Positions 23,790 to 37,765 of a stretch of DNA of 64,000 nucleotides are shown here, piece by piece. The notes beneath the pieces were generated by a model. That model was not told the DNA's origin, did no database searches, and saw nothing but the letters and a program-made list of their open reading frames with translations. Every line of letters begins with the position of its first letter. Within the stretch, counting starts at the first letter, position 1. This DNA is from Octopus sinensis (taxonomy: Eukaryota). The position numbers and the translations under genes were made by a program. The stretch is taken from assembly GCF_006345805.1 (NCBI RefSeq), contig NC_043001.1, forward strand, positions 2,232,001 through 2,296,000, written 5' to 3'.

Positions 23790-24330
23790 ATCATGACCCA
23801 TCTCATTTCCAAAGAGGATAGGGGGTTGTTGAGGCAGGGGTGACTGGAGCTTCAGTGCCTAAAACTTCTGAATTGCTTGATGTTTTGAGAGATACAGTCA
23901 TCAAAATCTTATTGCTTTTCTAAAACCAAAGTTAAACCAGGGATTGGTCAGCGTAATTCTGGACAGAAGGCAAAGCTCCTACAGTGAGGAACTGTGGAAT
24001 CATGGAACATACCGTAACTCTCAAACTATAGCAATAAAGTTGATGACATGGCCAAACCATCACTTGGGATCAAACTAAAACGATTTTGAGTGAGCTTCAC
24101 AAAAAATGTGCTGCAACTGCTGAGCCTCTCCTGTCCTCCATCAACATTGATAAATGAGATTCCTGACGAGTGGAGACCACCAGAAGTTTCCAGTGGTTCA
24201 ATGAATCCTCATTTCCCATTTTCTCACTTCAGGGTGAATTTACGTCTGAAGATACTGCTAGTAGCTTATAAAACTTATTGCTTAGGAGTGGTTCTTGTTG
24301 CTGGTTGATCTGTGACTGGTTGAGTTGACG
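23790..24330 (+). mobile_element. Ancient Tc1-like transposase relic
   Basis: Frameshifted QRNSGQKAKL, AEPLLS, WFNESSFPIF-TSG*IYV*R and AYKTYCL match the Tc1 consensus WSDESSFTLFPTSGRVYVWR..AYNPDCL. Confidence 0.65.
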
Positions 24331-24424
24331 ACCGAAAACATGAAGAAATAACTGATCAACACTTGAGACCATTTGATGGAAAGTTCCATTACTACTCACA
24401 AAGACAGTAGCATTGCATCTTTAC

Positions 24425-24805
24425 AGATATGTGGCACTCTGTCAGTTACGACAACAAGGATTCCAGTTGATCCGATCAATGGAACAGCCTGCTTGTGAAA
24501 TTAACGTCCAAGTGGCTGAGCACTCCACAGACACGTGTACCCTAAATGTAGTTCTCGGGGAGATTCAGTGTGACACAGTGTGTGACAAGGCTGGCCCTTT
24601 GAAATACAGAAGCATGAAGGAAGAGAGAGAGAAAGTTGTGGTGAAAGAGTACAGCAGGGTTCACCACTATCCCCTGCTGGAGTCTCATAGGGCCTTAGGT
24701 GTTTTCGGTCAATAAACACTCACAACGCCTGGTCTGAGAATCGAAGCTGCAAACCTATGACTGCGAGTTCACTGCCCTGGCCACTGGGCCATTGCACCTC
24801 CACTT
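24425..24805 (-). mobile_element. SINE family C, near full length (tRNA-derived head plus conserved core)
   Basis: The minus-strand 5' end GTGGAGGTGCAATGGCCCAGTGG...CTTCGATTCTC gives A/B boxes; core gggtacacgtgtctgtggagtgctcagccacttg. Confidence 0.9.
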
Positions 24806-25044
24806 TACAGATAACAGCAGCGATAATTACAGACTGAGAGAGAAGTGGAAATCCTGGCATGTTTGAAGGAGAGACATTTGGGAATGTTTAGTTTGGTCTG
24901 TCCAAGAACCTGGAGATGTCTTTGCAAATATCTGGAACCATCTGATGTGGCAAGAATGGAGACATATCTCACTTGACTGCCTTAACAGTCAGCAATTTAT
25001 TGCCACCAAAAGATTCCTTTTACAGGGCATAAGACAAAGATTCT

Positions 25045-25270
25045 AGAATATTCTCTTCTGCTCTATGGACAGAGCCTGAAATTTTTGGGGAGGTGGGGGC
25101 AGTTAATTAGATCGACCCCAGTATGCAACTGGTACTTAATTTATCAACCCTGAAAGGTTGAAAGGCAAAGTTGACCTCGGCGGAATTTGAACTCAGATCA
25201 CATAAAGACAGACAAAACACCGCTAAGCATTTCACCCAGGACGCTAATGGTTCTGCCAAGTTTGCCACCT
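25045..25270 (-). mobile_element. SINE family B
   Basis: gatcgaccccagtatgcaactggtacttaatttatc..gttgacctcggcggaatttgaactcag. Confidence 0.9.
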
Positions 25271-25469
25271 TCAAGATTCTAGAATATTGAATCACACCAT
25301 AACTTGATGCTGATTGGTTGCTTAATAGACCAATCAAATGAAGCTGTTGTGGTTTGCTCATGACTGCCTATCCATGGATTCTGTTTTGAATCCCCACCAC
25401 AAAGTAAACAGAGAAACATTTTGACTCATTCATAATTTTCCTTTTACATAACATTTATGCGAAAAGCAC

Positions 25470-25652
25470 ACATGTGGCCATGCAGTTAAGAAGGTGGCTT
25501 CCTAACTAAATGGTTTCAGGTTCAGTCCCATTGCAGGACCACTTGGTCTTACGTTTTATTGCTGAAACTATGGGCTAATCAAATACTTGAGAGCAGTCTA
25601 GCTAGACAGAAACTGAAAAAACTCATTGCACACACACACACACATACACACG

Positions 25653-25683
<31 letters not shown>

Positions 25684-25940
25684 GTGTGCATGAGTGTGTA
25701 TGTTATTTTATCTAGATATCATGTGATAGTTGTAAAGGAGTGTCACTGTCATACTAACGGTGTCGTTCTTTTCTAATCTTCTATGAAAACCTTTCCTGCC
25801 TTGGGGGAAACGTTATCCTGCATGACAGTATGTAAATGTTGGTGACAGGAAGAGCATCTACAGAAAATCTGCTTCAGTAAACTCCCTTCAAGCCAAGGAG
25901 ACAAGGAAAAGCTCACATTAAAACGATGATGATGATGCTT
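25470..25940 (+). mobile_element. Chimeric SINE: family A head, different body, (GAT)n tail
   Basis: The A-type head up to the (TG)n linker is followed by catgtgatagttgtaaaggag...aaaacgatgatgatg instead of the A-type tail. Confidence 0.6.
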
Positions 25941-26244
25941 AGAGTGGTGATTCTGTTCTGATGCCTTGATTCTTATGGAGAATCTTATAAACATAATACT
26001 TTTGTAAGGTTCAATACATCGCTTATTTGTATATAACATGTTCTCCCACTTACTTTCTGTTCCCTTTGTCCCTCTTTTCCAATGGGTTGTGGTGCATCTA
26101 GTAGAACTCAATACAAAATATAGTGTGTGTGTGTGCGCGTGTTTGTGTGTGTACGTGTTCATCCAATTTATAAATGTACAGACATACACACATGTACATG
26201 CAAAGACATGCCGTCTCTCTGTCATACACACACACACGCACTTG

Positions 26245-26275
<31 letters not shown>

Positions 26276-27135
26276 TTGCACACACACACACATATCAAAC
26301 TTTGCTCAAAATTATAATTACCACATAAAATATTACAAGCCTCAATAAATTCTGTCTTATAATTAAACATAATCTGGCACTTACAAGGCAATTATGTATT
26401 TGCAATAAAATCTGACATCTTTACAAGTGCTTCATTAATTAAATTTATTTAATAGCTTCTTTAATTAGCCTCTTTGTTAGTATTAAACTTTAGTTTCTAT
26501 ATTTATATATCAGTCTCTTACTGTCTCCCTCTCTCTCCCTCTCTCTCTCTCTCTCCCTCCTTCCCAGTGAACTCCTGACATTCATGTATGTAATATAAAT
26601 GTTAAGGTTTTTTAATGAGCCTTTATCTATTTCTGTTCCTTGTTCATATTTACAATGAGTAACAAGATTTGAAATGATTTACACAAGTCATACACACACA
26701 CACACACATGCATGCACGCATACACACACACACACACACAGAGCAAAAGATTGTTGTCAAAAGCTGAAAGTTTTATAATCTAAATGTATCTTACAACTTA
26801 TTTCTGTTGACTGGTCAAGATGTGCATAATTGTACACAGACTGAATAAAATTTGATTCTAGTTGAAAGTTGCTGTATTTAATTCCAAGTTAGCTTTAAGT
26901 GAGCAAACCTTAGATAAAAGACATTCTAACCATGATCCTCCAGTTAATTCAGATATAGTTTGTCTTAGACAAGATTATTCAACATTATTAAGTTTTTGTC
27001 CGGTCCATTAACATTTAACCATATTTTAATGTCCTGATTTTAATGTCCTGATTTTAATGTCCAATTTTTCCCATACTCGCAAGGCTCGGACAGAATTTAT
27101 TGAGGTGAATTTTCTACAATGGGACACTCTTCCTG

Positions 27136-28318
27136 TCACTTCCCTTCGTTTGTCTTCAAACAAGATTTCCACAGGCCAGACATGTTTCCATGGAGGATTA
27201 AAAACATGTGGTACCACTTCCCCAAACATAAACAGTCAGTTTTGACATCCTCTTGGCTTGGGAAAGTTATATCACACAAACGATTCTGTAAACTACGAGA
27301 CAAATGGTAGTCTGAAGGAGCAAGGTTGGGAGAATAAAGTGGATGAGGAATTCGATCTTCTGTGATTTGATCTTTGCAGTGTGGGGTCACGCATTGTCCT
27401 GATGTAACATCAGTCATTTTTGATTCACTAATACAAGTCTTTTTTTCTTCAAAGCTTGGTTCAAACACTCTAATTGCTGACAGTAGACTTGAGCATTGGT
27501 TGTTGCATTAGGTGGTAACAATTCAAAGTGAATTACTTCTTTGCAATCCCACCAGATAGAGAGAAGAACCTTTTTTCCATGAAGTTCCCTTCTTGGTTGT
27601 GGTTGTGCCTTTTCCCTTTTACCAAGCCACTGTTTACGACATTTAACATTTCGATATAAGATCCATTTTTCGTCACCAGTTACAAGTCTATCCAAAAAAG
27701 GGTGAAATGAGTTCGCGAGAATGGAGAGAAGAGCAGATGTCAACTCGGGATTTGCAGTTGCTTTTGGACAATCCATGAGGCACCCATTTTCAAAGTTTAG
27801 GAACCCTTCCAAGTTGTTCAATATGACAATGAACAGTTGTATGGTTTGAACTAAGCTTTATTGCCAATTCTTCAACTGATAATGCAGGATTTTCTTCAAG
27901 TAATGCCTCAAAGAGCTTATCATCAAACTCAACTGGACGTCCTGTTCGATCTTCATCTTCAAGGCTGAAATCTCCACTTCTGAATTTTGCAAACCATCTT
28001 CTGCAAGTTCTTTCATTCAAGCATTCTTTCCATAAACTGAGTGTATGTTTTGAGTCGCTTCAGCTGCAGAGTTTCCTTTTTTTGTACTCATAAAGCATTA
28101 TGTGCCTCAAATGCTTGTTGGATACTTCCATGTTAGAAAGGGTTTTAATCAAAGAAATTTTAATTCTATTATTCTGTAAGATAATATTTAATTAGTTTAA
28201 ATGTACACAAATGCATAAAAATAATTTTAAATTCCATCAGACATTCTAAAATAAAATTAGATTTCATTCAATTTTAAAAAAGGTAAAATCAGTCAGAACT
28301 TATGGGATGACTTGATAC
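27136..28318 (-). mobile_element. mariner transposon, pseudogenised transposase
   Basis: TCRRWFAKFRSGDFSLEDEDRTGRP, FLDRLVTGDEKWILY, KKVLLSIWWD and PHPLYSPNLAPSDYHL. The right end reads cagaacttatgggatgacttgata (TIR-like); the left TIR is not clearly seen. Confidence 0.93.
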
Positions 28319-28489
28319 ATAAGTATATGTGAAAAGTGATTCTAGTTCTAAGTATCCAGTTTTTCTTTCTTCTTGCCTGTACTTAGGACTAACTACTTAA
28401 TAGAATGTGTCCTTCATTTTGGAAGGCAGTATCACAAATTTGGCTGCTATTTCTTTCCATTTAAATGACCATATAGACACTTTCCCACG

Positions 28490-28760
28490 GGATCATCAGC
28501 ATCACCTAACACCTGTTTTTCTTGCTGGTTTGGGTTGGAGAGTTTGACAGAAGCCAGAAAGGCCTTGGGCTGTATCATGCTCCAGTCATCTGTTTTGGAA
28601 TGGTCTCTATGGCTGGATGCCCTTTCTAATGCTAACCACTTTACAGTGTGGACTGGGTGCTTTTTCACATGGCACCAAGCACCAGTGCTTTTTATGTGGC
28701 ACGAACCTCAATGCATTTTACATAGCACCAGCGCCAGAGTCTTTTATGTGGTATGGTCTA
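28490..28760 (-). mobile_element. (GAT)n-tailed retroposon 3' end
   Basis: ggctggatgccctttctaatgctaaccactttacagtg..ttttcacatggcacc. Confidence 0.75.
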
Positions 28761-30539
28761 TGACTTTTCTCACGTAGTTTACCTATGGAGTTATCCTCCA
28801 CCACCACCACCACCAATAATAACAACAACGACAACAATCTTGAATTCAGCTTGACTACCCCCCCACTCCCACCCTGACTCACTGTTGTTGTTTGTGCATT
28901 TCTATTAATACTTCAGCCACTTGTTGTAAGTTAACATTAACAAGTAGAAACTTAAACCAATATTTATTTGTAAACTTACATTCTCTGTTGATTATGGAAT
29001 CAACCATTTTCTCTCCTAAAACACAAATAAAGAAATAGAAGAAAATACCTCAAAGTTATCTTGAAGTAATCTCTTTCTTATCAACTTGGACAAAAGATTT
29101 CAATTCTACTTCAAAATACTGAAAATCTTAAGTAAAGAAAAAGAAAAAGAAAAAGAAAAAAACTTTCGGTAGCTACAAGATATTGTATTAAAATTCTAAG
29201 CTACAAATACAATTTAGCCAATCCATTATTCTCATAAATCATAACTGTCAAGATTTACTCAGTCTTTGAAATAGCAAACCCCCTTGAGATAGAAATTCTT
29301 TCCATGAACTGCAACTGCAGTTTAGAGAGAGATAGATAATCAGCTAAAGGCATTAATATCTTTACGCTAATTTATGCTCATGCCGGCTTGTCATTAATCA
29401 CAAATATTTTAGAAGCCTTTAGATGTCAACAACTTTTTTTCTTTCTTTCGCAGTATATTTTTAAATCTACTTTTCCAGCATAGATCTGATACATCTACAA
29501 ATTTAGGCACTTCCTTAGATTTATGGATATTTCTTTCTTGCAGTTTGGGTTTGGTAGAACTTACTCACTTATTTCTTTTATTTTCAGAATTTGATGTGCT
29601 TCCTATTGCCAACTACTTTATTGGAACGGTGTAGGAATGTTTGATATGGTGCAAGTACTTTGGTATTTTTCCTTCCAGGCTAACACTTCTGTCCACAATC
29701 TCTAACTGCTTTATGTCGGAAGCTCCTCACTCCTAGACAAGGCTGCCTTTCCCATGATGTAAGAGGCAGCTTATTTTGCTATTAGTTTAACTATTTTTGA
29801 AAGCAGGAAGGAATGCAGGCGGGGGAGTTCCAAACAAAATTCCTTACCATGTTTATCTATGTCCTCAGTTTGAAATAATGTCTATGTTGATTTTACCATT
29901 TGGTAAATAGCAGAGATGATGGTGAGAAGCATCGTAGAATAACACATTAAACTGAAGTAAATTGTTACCTTTTCCAAGATCAACCATGTATTTCATCTTT
30001 CTAGAGGCAAGGCTGTGTGGTAATAAATTTGCTTCCCAACCGTATGGTTATGGGTTCAGTCCCACTGCATGGCACCTTGGACGAGTGTCTTCTACAATAG
30101 GCTCAGGTTGATCAAAGCCTAGTAAATGGATTTGGTAGATGGAAACTGAAAGAAGCCCATTGCATAAAGAATTTGTTTTGCTCAATTTGGACAGATATTA
30201 CTTTGTTTCTCTCACCAGTCTCTTGGTTCTTTGGGACCCAGGTGACATTGGTGTTATTAACCATAAATGGGATATAAGTATAGAAGAGTATCCTCGGTCA
30301 AAGGCAAAGGAGCATAACCCAATGGTGGAACCTTTATATGGTCACTCAAGATGCTACAGAGAACAACCAAATCTTTTATTGTCTTAGAAATAGGAAGGAC
30401 ATATCAGGTACTGTCGCAGCTGGATAGAACCTCTTCTAACATAGATCTGCTCAATTTGCCATGACCCAGGGCTAAACAGCACCCAGGTATGGTAAGAGAA
30501 GACAAAAGGGATGGATGAGGGCAATGGTTGCTATACTCA

Positions 30540-31560
30540 AACAAGCCAAAATTAAATGCAGTTGCCCCTTCCTGTCAGATAATAATACATATTGAGCAGG
30601 GCTATTTACCTGAAGCCTGAAGGGTTTTGTTCAATTTCTTGCTAACTAGGATCTTGGTCTTTGCTAAGTCAACTTTCAGACCCTTTAACCCCAGGTTCTG
30701 TTTCCACACCTGGAATTTCTTTTCTAATTCTGTCATAAATTCTGCTACAGGGACCAGGTCATCAGCATATAGTAATTCCCGTGGGCTTTCAGTCTTAAAT
30801 TCTCGGAGGATGATGAAGAATAGGAGAGGGGTTGAGAACCATGCCTTAGTGGACACCTACCTGTACACTAAATTCATCACTGTACCCATGGCTGACTCTT
30901 TACCTTACTAACAACACTCCTGTACATGGCCTGTACTACTTTCACAAGCCATTCGTCTAGCCCTAGCTTCCTCAGAGACCACCATGTTACAGAATGGTTT
31001 ACTCAAGTGAAGGCTTTCTCTAGATCAACAAATGCCAAATACAACAACTTGTTCTTGGCCAAATACTTCTCTTGCAGTTGCCTGACTATGAAAATAGCAT
31101 CCTTGGTGTTTCGCCCTGGGACAAAGCCAAACTGCATTTCATCTAGTCTAAATCTGTTCCTAATCAAGCTATAACTCTCTTGGCAACTTTCATCATCTGG
31201 TCCAGCAATTTGATGCTTCTATAATTATGTCTATCAAAGGTAGCTCCATTTCCCTTGCAGCAGCTGACGATGATGCTGCAGCGCCAGTCACTAGGGATTA
31301 TGCCTTCCTGAGTAACCTGAGTTACTATGCGCTTGACTAGGTTGTATTGAACTCCACCAGATATCTTAAGCTTCTCTGCAGTTACTCCCGATGGACCAGG
31401 GACCTTCCTCGCCGTTATAAATATAATTGCATTATCTACCATACTACTGTCAACTAGGACAGCTGGTCCCACTGTTGGGTTCACATAAGGGAGACTCCCT
31501 TTATCCCATTCATTCTCCACAGTTAGTAGCCTTTCGCTGTAGCTCTTCCATGCCTCTTTC
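30540..31560 (-). mobile_element. RTE LINE reverse transcriptase region (frameshifted)
   Basis: KVPGPSGVTAEKLKISG, NYRSIKLLDQMMKV, MQFGFVPGRNTKDAIFIVRQLQEKYLAKNKLLYLAFVDLEKAF (antisense of ORF 30926) and PRELLYADDLV. Confidence 0.93.
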
Positions 31561-33344
31561 TTTTCAGGGTCACAAAGAACAAACGTATGTTAAATGGTGA
31601 TGATGATGATGATGATGATGCTGACTTGTGCATGGATATACAAATGTCTCAATTCCTCACATTCATAGTTTGGCTTCCAGTTTCTATGGCTTATAAGTGA
31701 CTGGGCTCCCAACATTCCTCACTGAACAAGGTTCCAGTCTGTCCCAGTGTTACTGTGGAGTAATGTGAACTCAAGAACTTCGCACAGGGACATAAAGCAT
31801 TGCTTTGTCCCAAAATCAAAACTATAATCTATCCATCATAAATGCAACACCCCTAAGTAACAGGTCATACACCTTTACAATTATACATGGCATAATTTAA
31901 TCAATTTTCTCCCAAAGGGAAACTCTAATAATTTTCCATTTTAAATTTTATACATTTATAAAAAAAAAGAAATTATAAAAGATTGGCATTTAAAAAAAAA
32001 ATTGCTTAAATTAAACGATATTTTAAATTGTATAAATTGTGGTTGTAGTCATGCTGGAATATTGAGTGAGCTTTATTGAGAATTAGTGAGGTGTGTAGAA
32101 ATATAAATACAAGGAAGCTTTATATTTTGGACCAGAGACAACACTAATGGTTTAAAATAATTGATCGATAAGAATAGCCACCATTAGTGAAGAATGGAAA
32201 AAAAAACAATTGTAACATTGTTGTATAGAAATGTCTTTTACTATCTAACAGCCATATTTCCGTAGTAGAATGGGTGAGATAATTTACAAAAATTTGAATA
32301 TTTATGTGTTGTTAGAGTAATTAATTTTGATAGCTGGGTGCTAACCAGTAGGAGTCAAAATTGCTGTCTTTGAGCTAAGTTTAGCACTGTGCCAATATAC
32401 ATAATAGAATGGTTGTGCTGAAAGTTTAAATTCAAGAAAATTTTCCCAATTATATAACCATATCATGTGTTCAATAGTTTAACCCTTCACCTTCACAGCT
32501 TTTTTTCGCTTCATTTTTAAAATTATTTATTCAAAGGAGAAAAGATTATATTTATGATATTTGGGAGTTTTTTATATGGCTGAAATTGAGAGAGTTCATA
32601 CCTCTTTTAATTTCTCTAAGTTGATGCCTGCAGAAAACATTCAGAGTTCTAGTCTACTTGAGGCTTCTGGACAAATGTCTGGGCAAAGTTATGAATAGAT
32701 GACCTTAAGATGTAAGAATAAGAATAACAAAAGAGAAGTGAGAAAAGAAGATACCCCATGTTTTATGTTACATGTAATTTAGTGGTTCAGAGGAGTAGAA
32801 GCCATGGTAGTATTGTTTAAAGAATCAGAATGAAGGCCACAGCTGTGTGTGATTGGTTGTACGATTTTAAGAAAGACTTTGTCAATCAGTTGCATGTTTA
32901 TCATGCACGTGAATTTGGTCTGGGAAGTCTTGTGTGTATTAGTAGTACCATAATAGATATATAAGTAGTAGTATGCTAATTTGGATGATGCTTAAGATGT
33001 GGAAACAAAGAGCAAATGGTCAAAACTGAAAAAATATTCTTTCTCTAACTCCAGTCCTTGCTTAAACACTTCTGAAAATATTCAACATATAAAAGTAACA
33101 ATGAGAGATCCTCAGGCTTTGAGGTTTGGAACTGTGGAGATATTGAGGTATGAAGTTGTAATTAACCTCAGGATAGTCTTGATAAAAGTCTTTCCAACTG
33201 TGACCGTTCCATATTTTATCTTTATGCCTATTAAAGATCTCATTCTACATTGTGCCCTCTTTTTTTCCACCCTAGAGCTTGTTTTTATATGAGAGGCTGA
33301 TTTAGCTGTAACTTTTTCCTAAAGATTGTTCTTGAGTGATGCAA

Positions 33345-33590
33345 GGCTTATTTGGCTGCTATTTCTTATTTCTTTACTGTCCACAAGGGGCTAAACATAG
33401 AGGGGACAAACAAGGACAAACAAACAGATTAAGTCAATTATATCGACCCCAATGCGTAACTGGTACTTATTTAATTGACCCCGAAAGGATGAAAGGCAAA
33501 GAATTTGAACTCAGAATGTAAAGACAAGCGAAATACCCTAAGCATTTCGCCCGGCATGCTAACGATTCTGCCAGCTCACTGCCTTAATTT
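33345..33590 (-). mobile_element. SINE family B variant (long tail)
   Basis: cacaaggggctaaacatagaggggacaaacaaggac..cgtaactggtacttattt..gaactcagaatgtaaagac. Confidence 0.88.
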
Positions 33591-34999
33591 GGCTGCTATT
33601 TCTATCATGGAAATACTGTATCATTAGCCTGTTCTGTTCTGTTTATAATTTAAAAAGTGAGGACACAGAGCAAAGCTGATTCTTTGAAATGTTATATCAA
33701 GGAGAGCAAGTTGTTGTATTATGAGAAAAGGATGTTTTTCTGGGTCTGTGTCTATGGAAGCCATGCAAGTTTAATATGTAATGTCGAGGTTGCATGTAGA
33801 TGACACGTGTTTGAAAAGATTAATGAGAAATGAAGTGCAATGGCATCTGTATTGGAATGTGTGAACTAAGAAATAACCAGTCATTAATATACAGAAGGAA
33901 ACGTGTGGAGAGAAAGAGAGAGAGAGAGAGAGAGAGATAATTAATCATGTGTTATGTCATACATGGTGAAATGTGAGCTGAATATATTCTGGTCAGTATT
34001 GAAATAGCATGGTCAAGCAGGAAACTGCTGGACAGATAGAAGAGACAGAAAACTTTTACAAAAACATTCAGAAATTCTACATTGGGTTACTCGACCTGCC
34101 ATATGTAGCAACTAAATCTCCCACATCTTCTTGTCATATCAGGAGAATACATTGGATAATGTAGTCTTAGATACACGATGACTGAAAGCAAACAGGTAGA
34201 ATAGTCATGGCTGGAATGGCAATGATGTAGTTTTACTGAAGCAGGGTTAATTACTGGGTTTTATAAAAAAACAAAAAACATTAAACAAACTGGAAGTTTC
34301 TCCTGCTTAAAACAAGGCTGAAAGTTTTGCTGAAGTCTTCAGAAATGGATTTGATGAAGATGTTTCCTCTGGAACCTTTTGCTTCTTATCTTGAGAGGGA
34401 TCGTTACAAACAGTTTCTGGTCCTACTGACTCTGATCGCAAATTCATTAGGCTAATTAACAATTTTTTAGTACAAAAGGTTTATCATTTAAACTAGTAAA
34501 TCTATGCTTTCTATTCAGAAATAATTAGAATCCTAAGTGCACAGGTTCAATCTGTGTACTTAGAATCTGGGACATATTTTCTACAACAGCCGTAGGAAGA
34601 CCAATAATTTGTGAAAGGATTTGATAGACGTAAACTGAGTGGACATCCTTTGTATATGATGTGTGTGTGTGTGTTACCTGGCACTGATCATCTCTCCTGC
34701 CCGCCCTCCTCCTACACACTTCTCACCACCTCTGCTGTCACCTACCACCTTCCTAACCCATTTCCATCTCCCCCATTTCATCATACCTCCACCCATGTTC
34801 ACCATTTTCTGCATTCATCTTTATCTCTTGCCACTCTCTTGTCACCTTCTCACAGCCTTATTCACCCATTAACTGCCCCTGTTCTTTGTCTCACTTCTCT
34901 CTTATCCTCACCAACTTATATCTGGAGGGTATATCTTGAATCCTCATCACCAGCATTTTCCCAGCTGGAGTAGCAAGACACTGTTCTTATCATCCCTCT

Positions 35000-35260
35000 A
35001 TCCTATCCTAGCATTTCTACACCTGGCACAACTCTGCCAAGGGATCTTCTCTTGTGAGTTGCTTGGTACCTTCCCAAATGCTGGTGCTATGTTCACCCTG
35101 ATAACTGGGTGGCATTGGGGAAGGACGTTCAGCCATAGAAACCAGGCCACAACAGAGACTGGAGCTTGACGCAGGTCCCCACTTTGTCAGATCCTGTAGA
35201 AGTATCCAGTGCATACAGGCATGAAAGACAGACATTAGATGATGACGATGATGATGATAG
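35000..35260 (+). mobile_element. (GAT)n-tailed retroposon 3' end
   Basis: gggtggcattgggaaggacgttcagccatagaaac..gcatgaaagacagacattagatgatgacg. Confidence 0.7.
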
Positions 35261-36879
35261 CTTCACTTCTTGATGGTACATCCTAATAATAGAGACAGAA
35301 AGGGTGGTGAACTGGAAGAATGGAGAGCACACCAGGAAAAAACGCTTAGTGGCATTTTATCCATCTTTACATTCTGAGTTCAAATTCTGCTGAGGTTGAG
35401 TTTACCTTTCCTGCTTTCAGAGTCGATAAAATAAGTTCCAGTAAGTACAAGATTAAAAAAGAAGTACTGGGGTTAATTTGTTTGACAAAAGTCCAAGTCG
35501 GTGCTCCATCATGGCCACAGTCCAATGACTGAAACAAGGAAGAGATAAAAAATGATTCTCAGTCTGGTGTTAATGAGGATTTTTCAAATTAGTTTCCTAA
35601 AAGATATTTATTATTTTATGAAATATGGCAAAACTGTCATCATGGAATATTTTAGAACTGTGTGTGGGAACCAATTCTTTTGCTAAATGTCTGAGATGTA
35701 AAGTCATCCAACTCATCTCCCGTTTAGGAATTATTCACATGATTTTCTTATTCTGTTCTGAAGACAAAAATGAAATTAAATTTTCCGCAGAAAATTCACT
35801 TCATCTCTATATCAGCAAACCAATGTAATTGGAGTTTCTCTGTGTGTGTGTGACTGTGTGTGTGTGTGACTGTGTGTGTGTGTGTGTGAGACTCTGTGTG
35901 TGTGTGACTCTGTGTGTGTGTGACTCTGTGTGTGTGTGTGTAAATGTGTGTGTTTGTGTGTGTGTGTGTGTGTGTTGTGATGTATTATGAAGTGTGTGGT
36001 TGTGTCCAGATGTGTTTTTGTGTTGGGAAGTATGTATTTGTGAAAATGAGTTGAAATTAGTTTAAGAGGACACCTGAGAAGAATCTAGCTTAAACAAGAA
36101 ATATATACAGAATCTATAATTCTATTATGTTGAACAATATAAATTAATGATTTGTTGGTTAGTATTGTGTCTTCGTTGTTTTGATTATAACATACAAGAT
36201 ATTTGGAATGTGTAACTTCAGCAGAATAAAAGAAAAATAAGTTATGTGTATCTCAAACATTTTAGTTGTTTTCAGAAACACACTGAGGAAAGATAAATAT
36301 TAAAATGCATCAGAAATGAGGAAATTACCCCGTTACACATACATTACAGTTGAAAACGACTTGTTTTAATTGGTAATATTAAGCTTGAAATTGAACATTA
36401 GTCATTTCTGTTGGTGAAATAAAAATATATTAAATAAGAGAAACTCAAATAACCTCTTACTTGAAGGAATAAAGAAATACTTAAATTAGTCACCAGGTAT
36501 ATTACTTATGTGTGTGTGTTTATATGTATATGTATATGTGTGTGAGTGTGTGTGTGCAATATATATGTATATGCTATATGTGTAATTGTACATATATATA
36601 AATGTATGTATATATATATATATATTTCTTTTTTTTTTTTTTCTAGTTTCAGCTCAGAGCTGCGGCCATGCTGATGCACCGCCGTTTATATGTATATTAA
36701 CGTATGCATGTATAAGCACCAGCGTGGCTGCCTGATAAGAAGCTTGTTTCCCAACCAAATGGTACTGGGTTCAGTCCTACTTTATGGTACCTTGAGCTAG
36801 TGTCTTCTACTATAGCCTCAGACTGACCAAAGCCTTGTGAGTGGATTTAGTAGATGGAAACTGAAAGAAGCCTGTTGTG

Positions 36880-36924
<45 letters not shown>

Positions 36925-36927
<3 letters not shown>

Positions 36928-37130
36928 CAGAGTTGGCCAAAAGTTCCCCAACAGTAAATCAAAACCATTTAATACCAATATCAGAACAATAGACTATTTT
37001 ATATGAGATTTTGCTAATAAATAAGACAAATGTCGGAAAAAACGGTAATTTTAACACACACCATTCAATTATTAAACATTCATAATTGGAATAAATAAAT
37101 AAAATTGAATATTAAGTATTTATGGAAATT
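36925..37130 (+). mobile_element. Probable Tc1/mariner terminal fragment in (TA)n
   Basis: Starts cacagagttggccaaaagt directly after a TA tract, a CAG..CCAAAAGT-type terminus; no matching other end was found. Confidence 0.4.
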
Positions 37131-37149
37131 TGATTTACTGTCTGGTGAC

Positions 37150-37735
37150 TGTATATATTGCCTCACAGGAGCAATGTCTGGTGACCGAGACCTTTGTCAA
37201 TGTGCTGTGCTTGAGAGGACCCTTCAAGACAAATACACCTGTGCTGGTGGCATGTAAAGAGCCTCTTTTGAACTTTGGGTCACACAGAGGCAAAGTGGCT
37301 GAGTTCCTTTCAAGTGTTGGGCTTGGAGACAAGGTGACTGAGTTCCTCTCAAGCACTGGGGCTCACGGAGGCAAAGTGGCTGAGTTCCTTTCAAGTGTTG
37401 GGCCTCATGGAGGCAATGACCAAGACATTTGGTATTATGTCATGCTTGAGAAGAAGACCCATCAAGCTGAGTGAAATTGCAGTCATGGCAGATACTGGTG
37501 TCATGCAAATTGGCACCCATATTGGTGGCACATAGGTGCACCCTGGCGTCATGCAAGTGGCATGTAAAAGCACCCATTACACTCTCAGAGTGGTTGGCAT
37601 TAAAAAGGGCATCCAGCAGTAGAGACTTTGCCAGATCAGATTGAACCTGGTGCAACTTTCCAGCTTGCCAGTCCTGGTCAAACCGTCCAACCCATGCCAG
37701 AATGAACAATGGATGTTAACTGATGATGATTATCA
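37150..37735 (+). mobile_element. Long copy of the (GAT)n-tailed retroposon with internal ~41-bp x3 repeat (37287-37416)
   Basis: gaggcaaagtggctgagttcctttcaagtgttggg occurs three times, upstream of the shared tail module. Confidence 0.85.
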
Positions 37736-37765
37736 TGATAATATATATATATGATAGCAGTGTGG

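Noticed and set aside
24730-24805. tRNA-like sequence with A and B boxes (also the heads of other SINEs)
   Set aside because: It continues into a SINE body and has no complete cloverleaf, so it is not a tRNA gene.
27023-27062. 14-bp unit ATTTTAATGTCCTG repeated about three times
   Set aside because: It is a simple slippage repeat with no spacers; not CRISPR-like, and no CRISPR array was seen anywhere in the window.
29588-29765. Two strong polypyrimidine-AG acceptors suggesting exons
   Set aside because: All frames hit stops before a credible donor, except a 14-codon piece with a poor donor.
34300-34345. Minus-strand CUGAAGA ... GAAAC UUC
   Set aside because: The spacing is too long, and neither stem I nor a stem II abutting the core can form.
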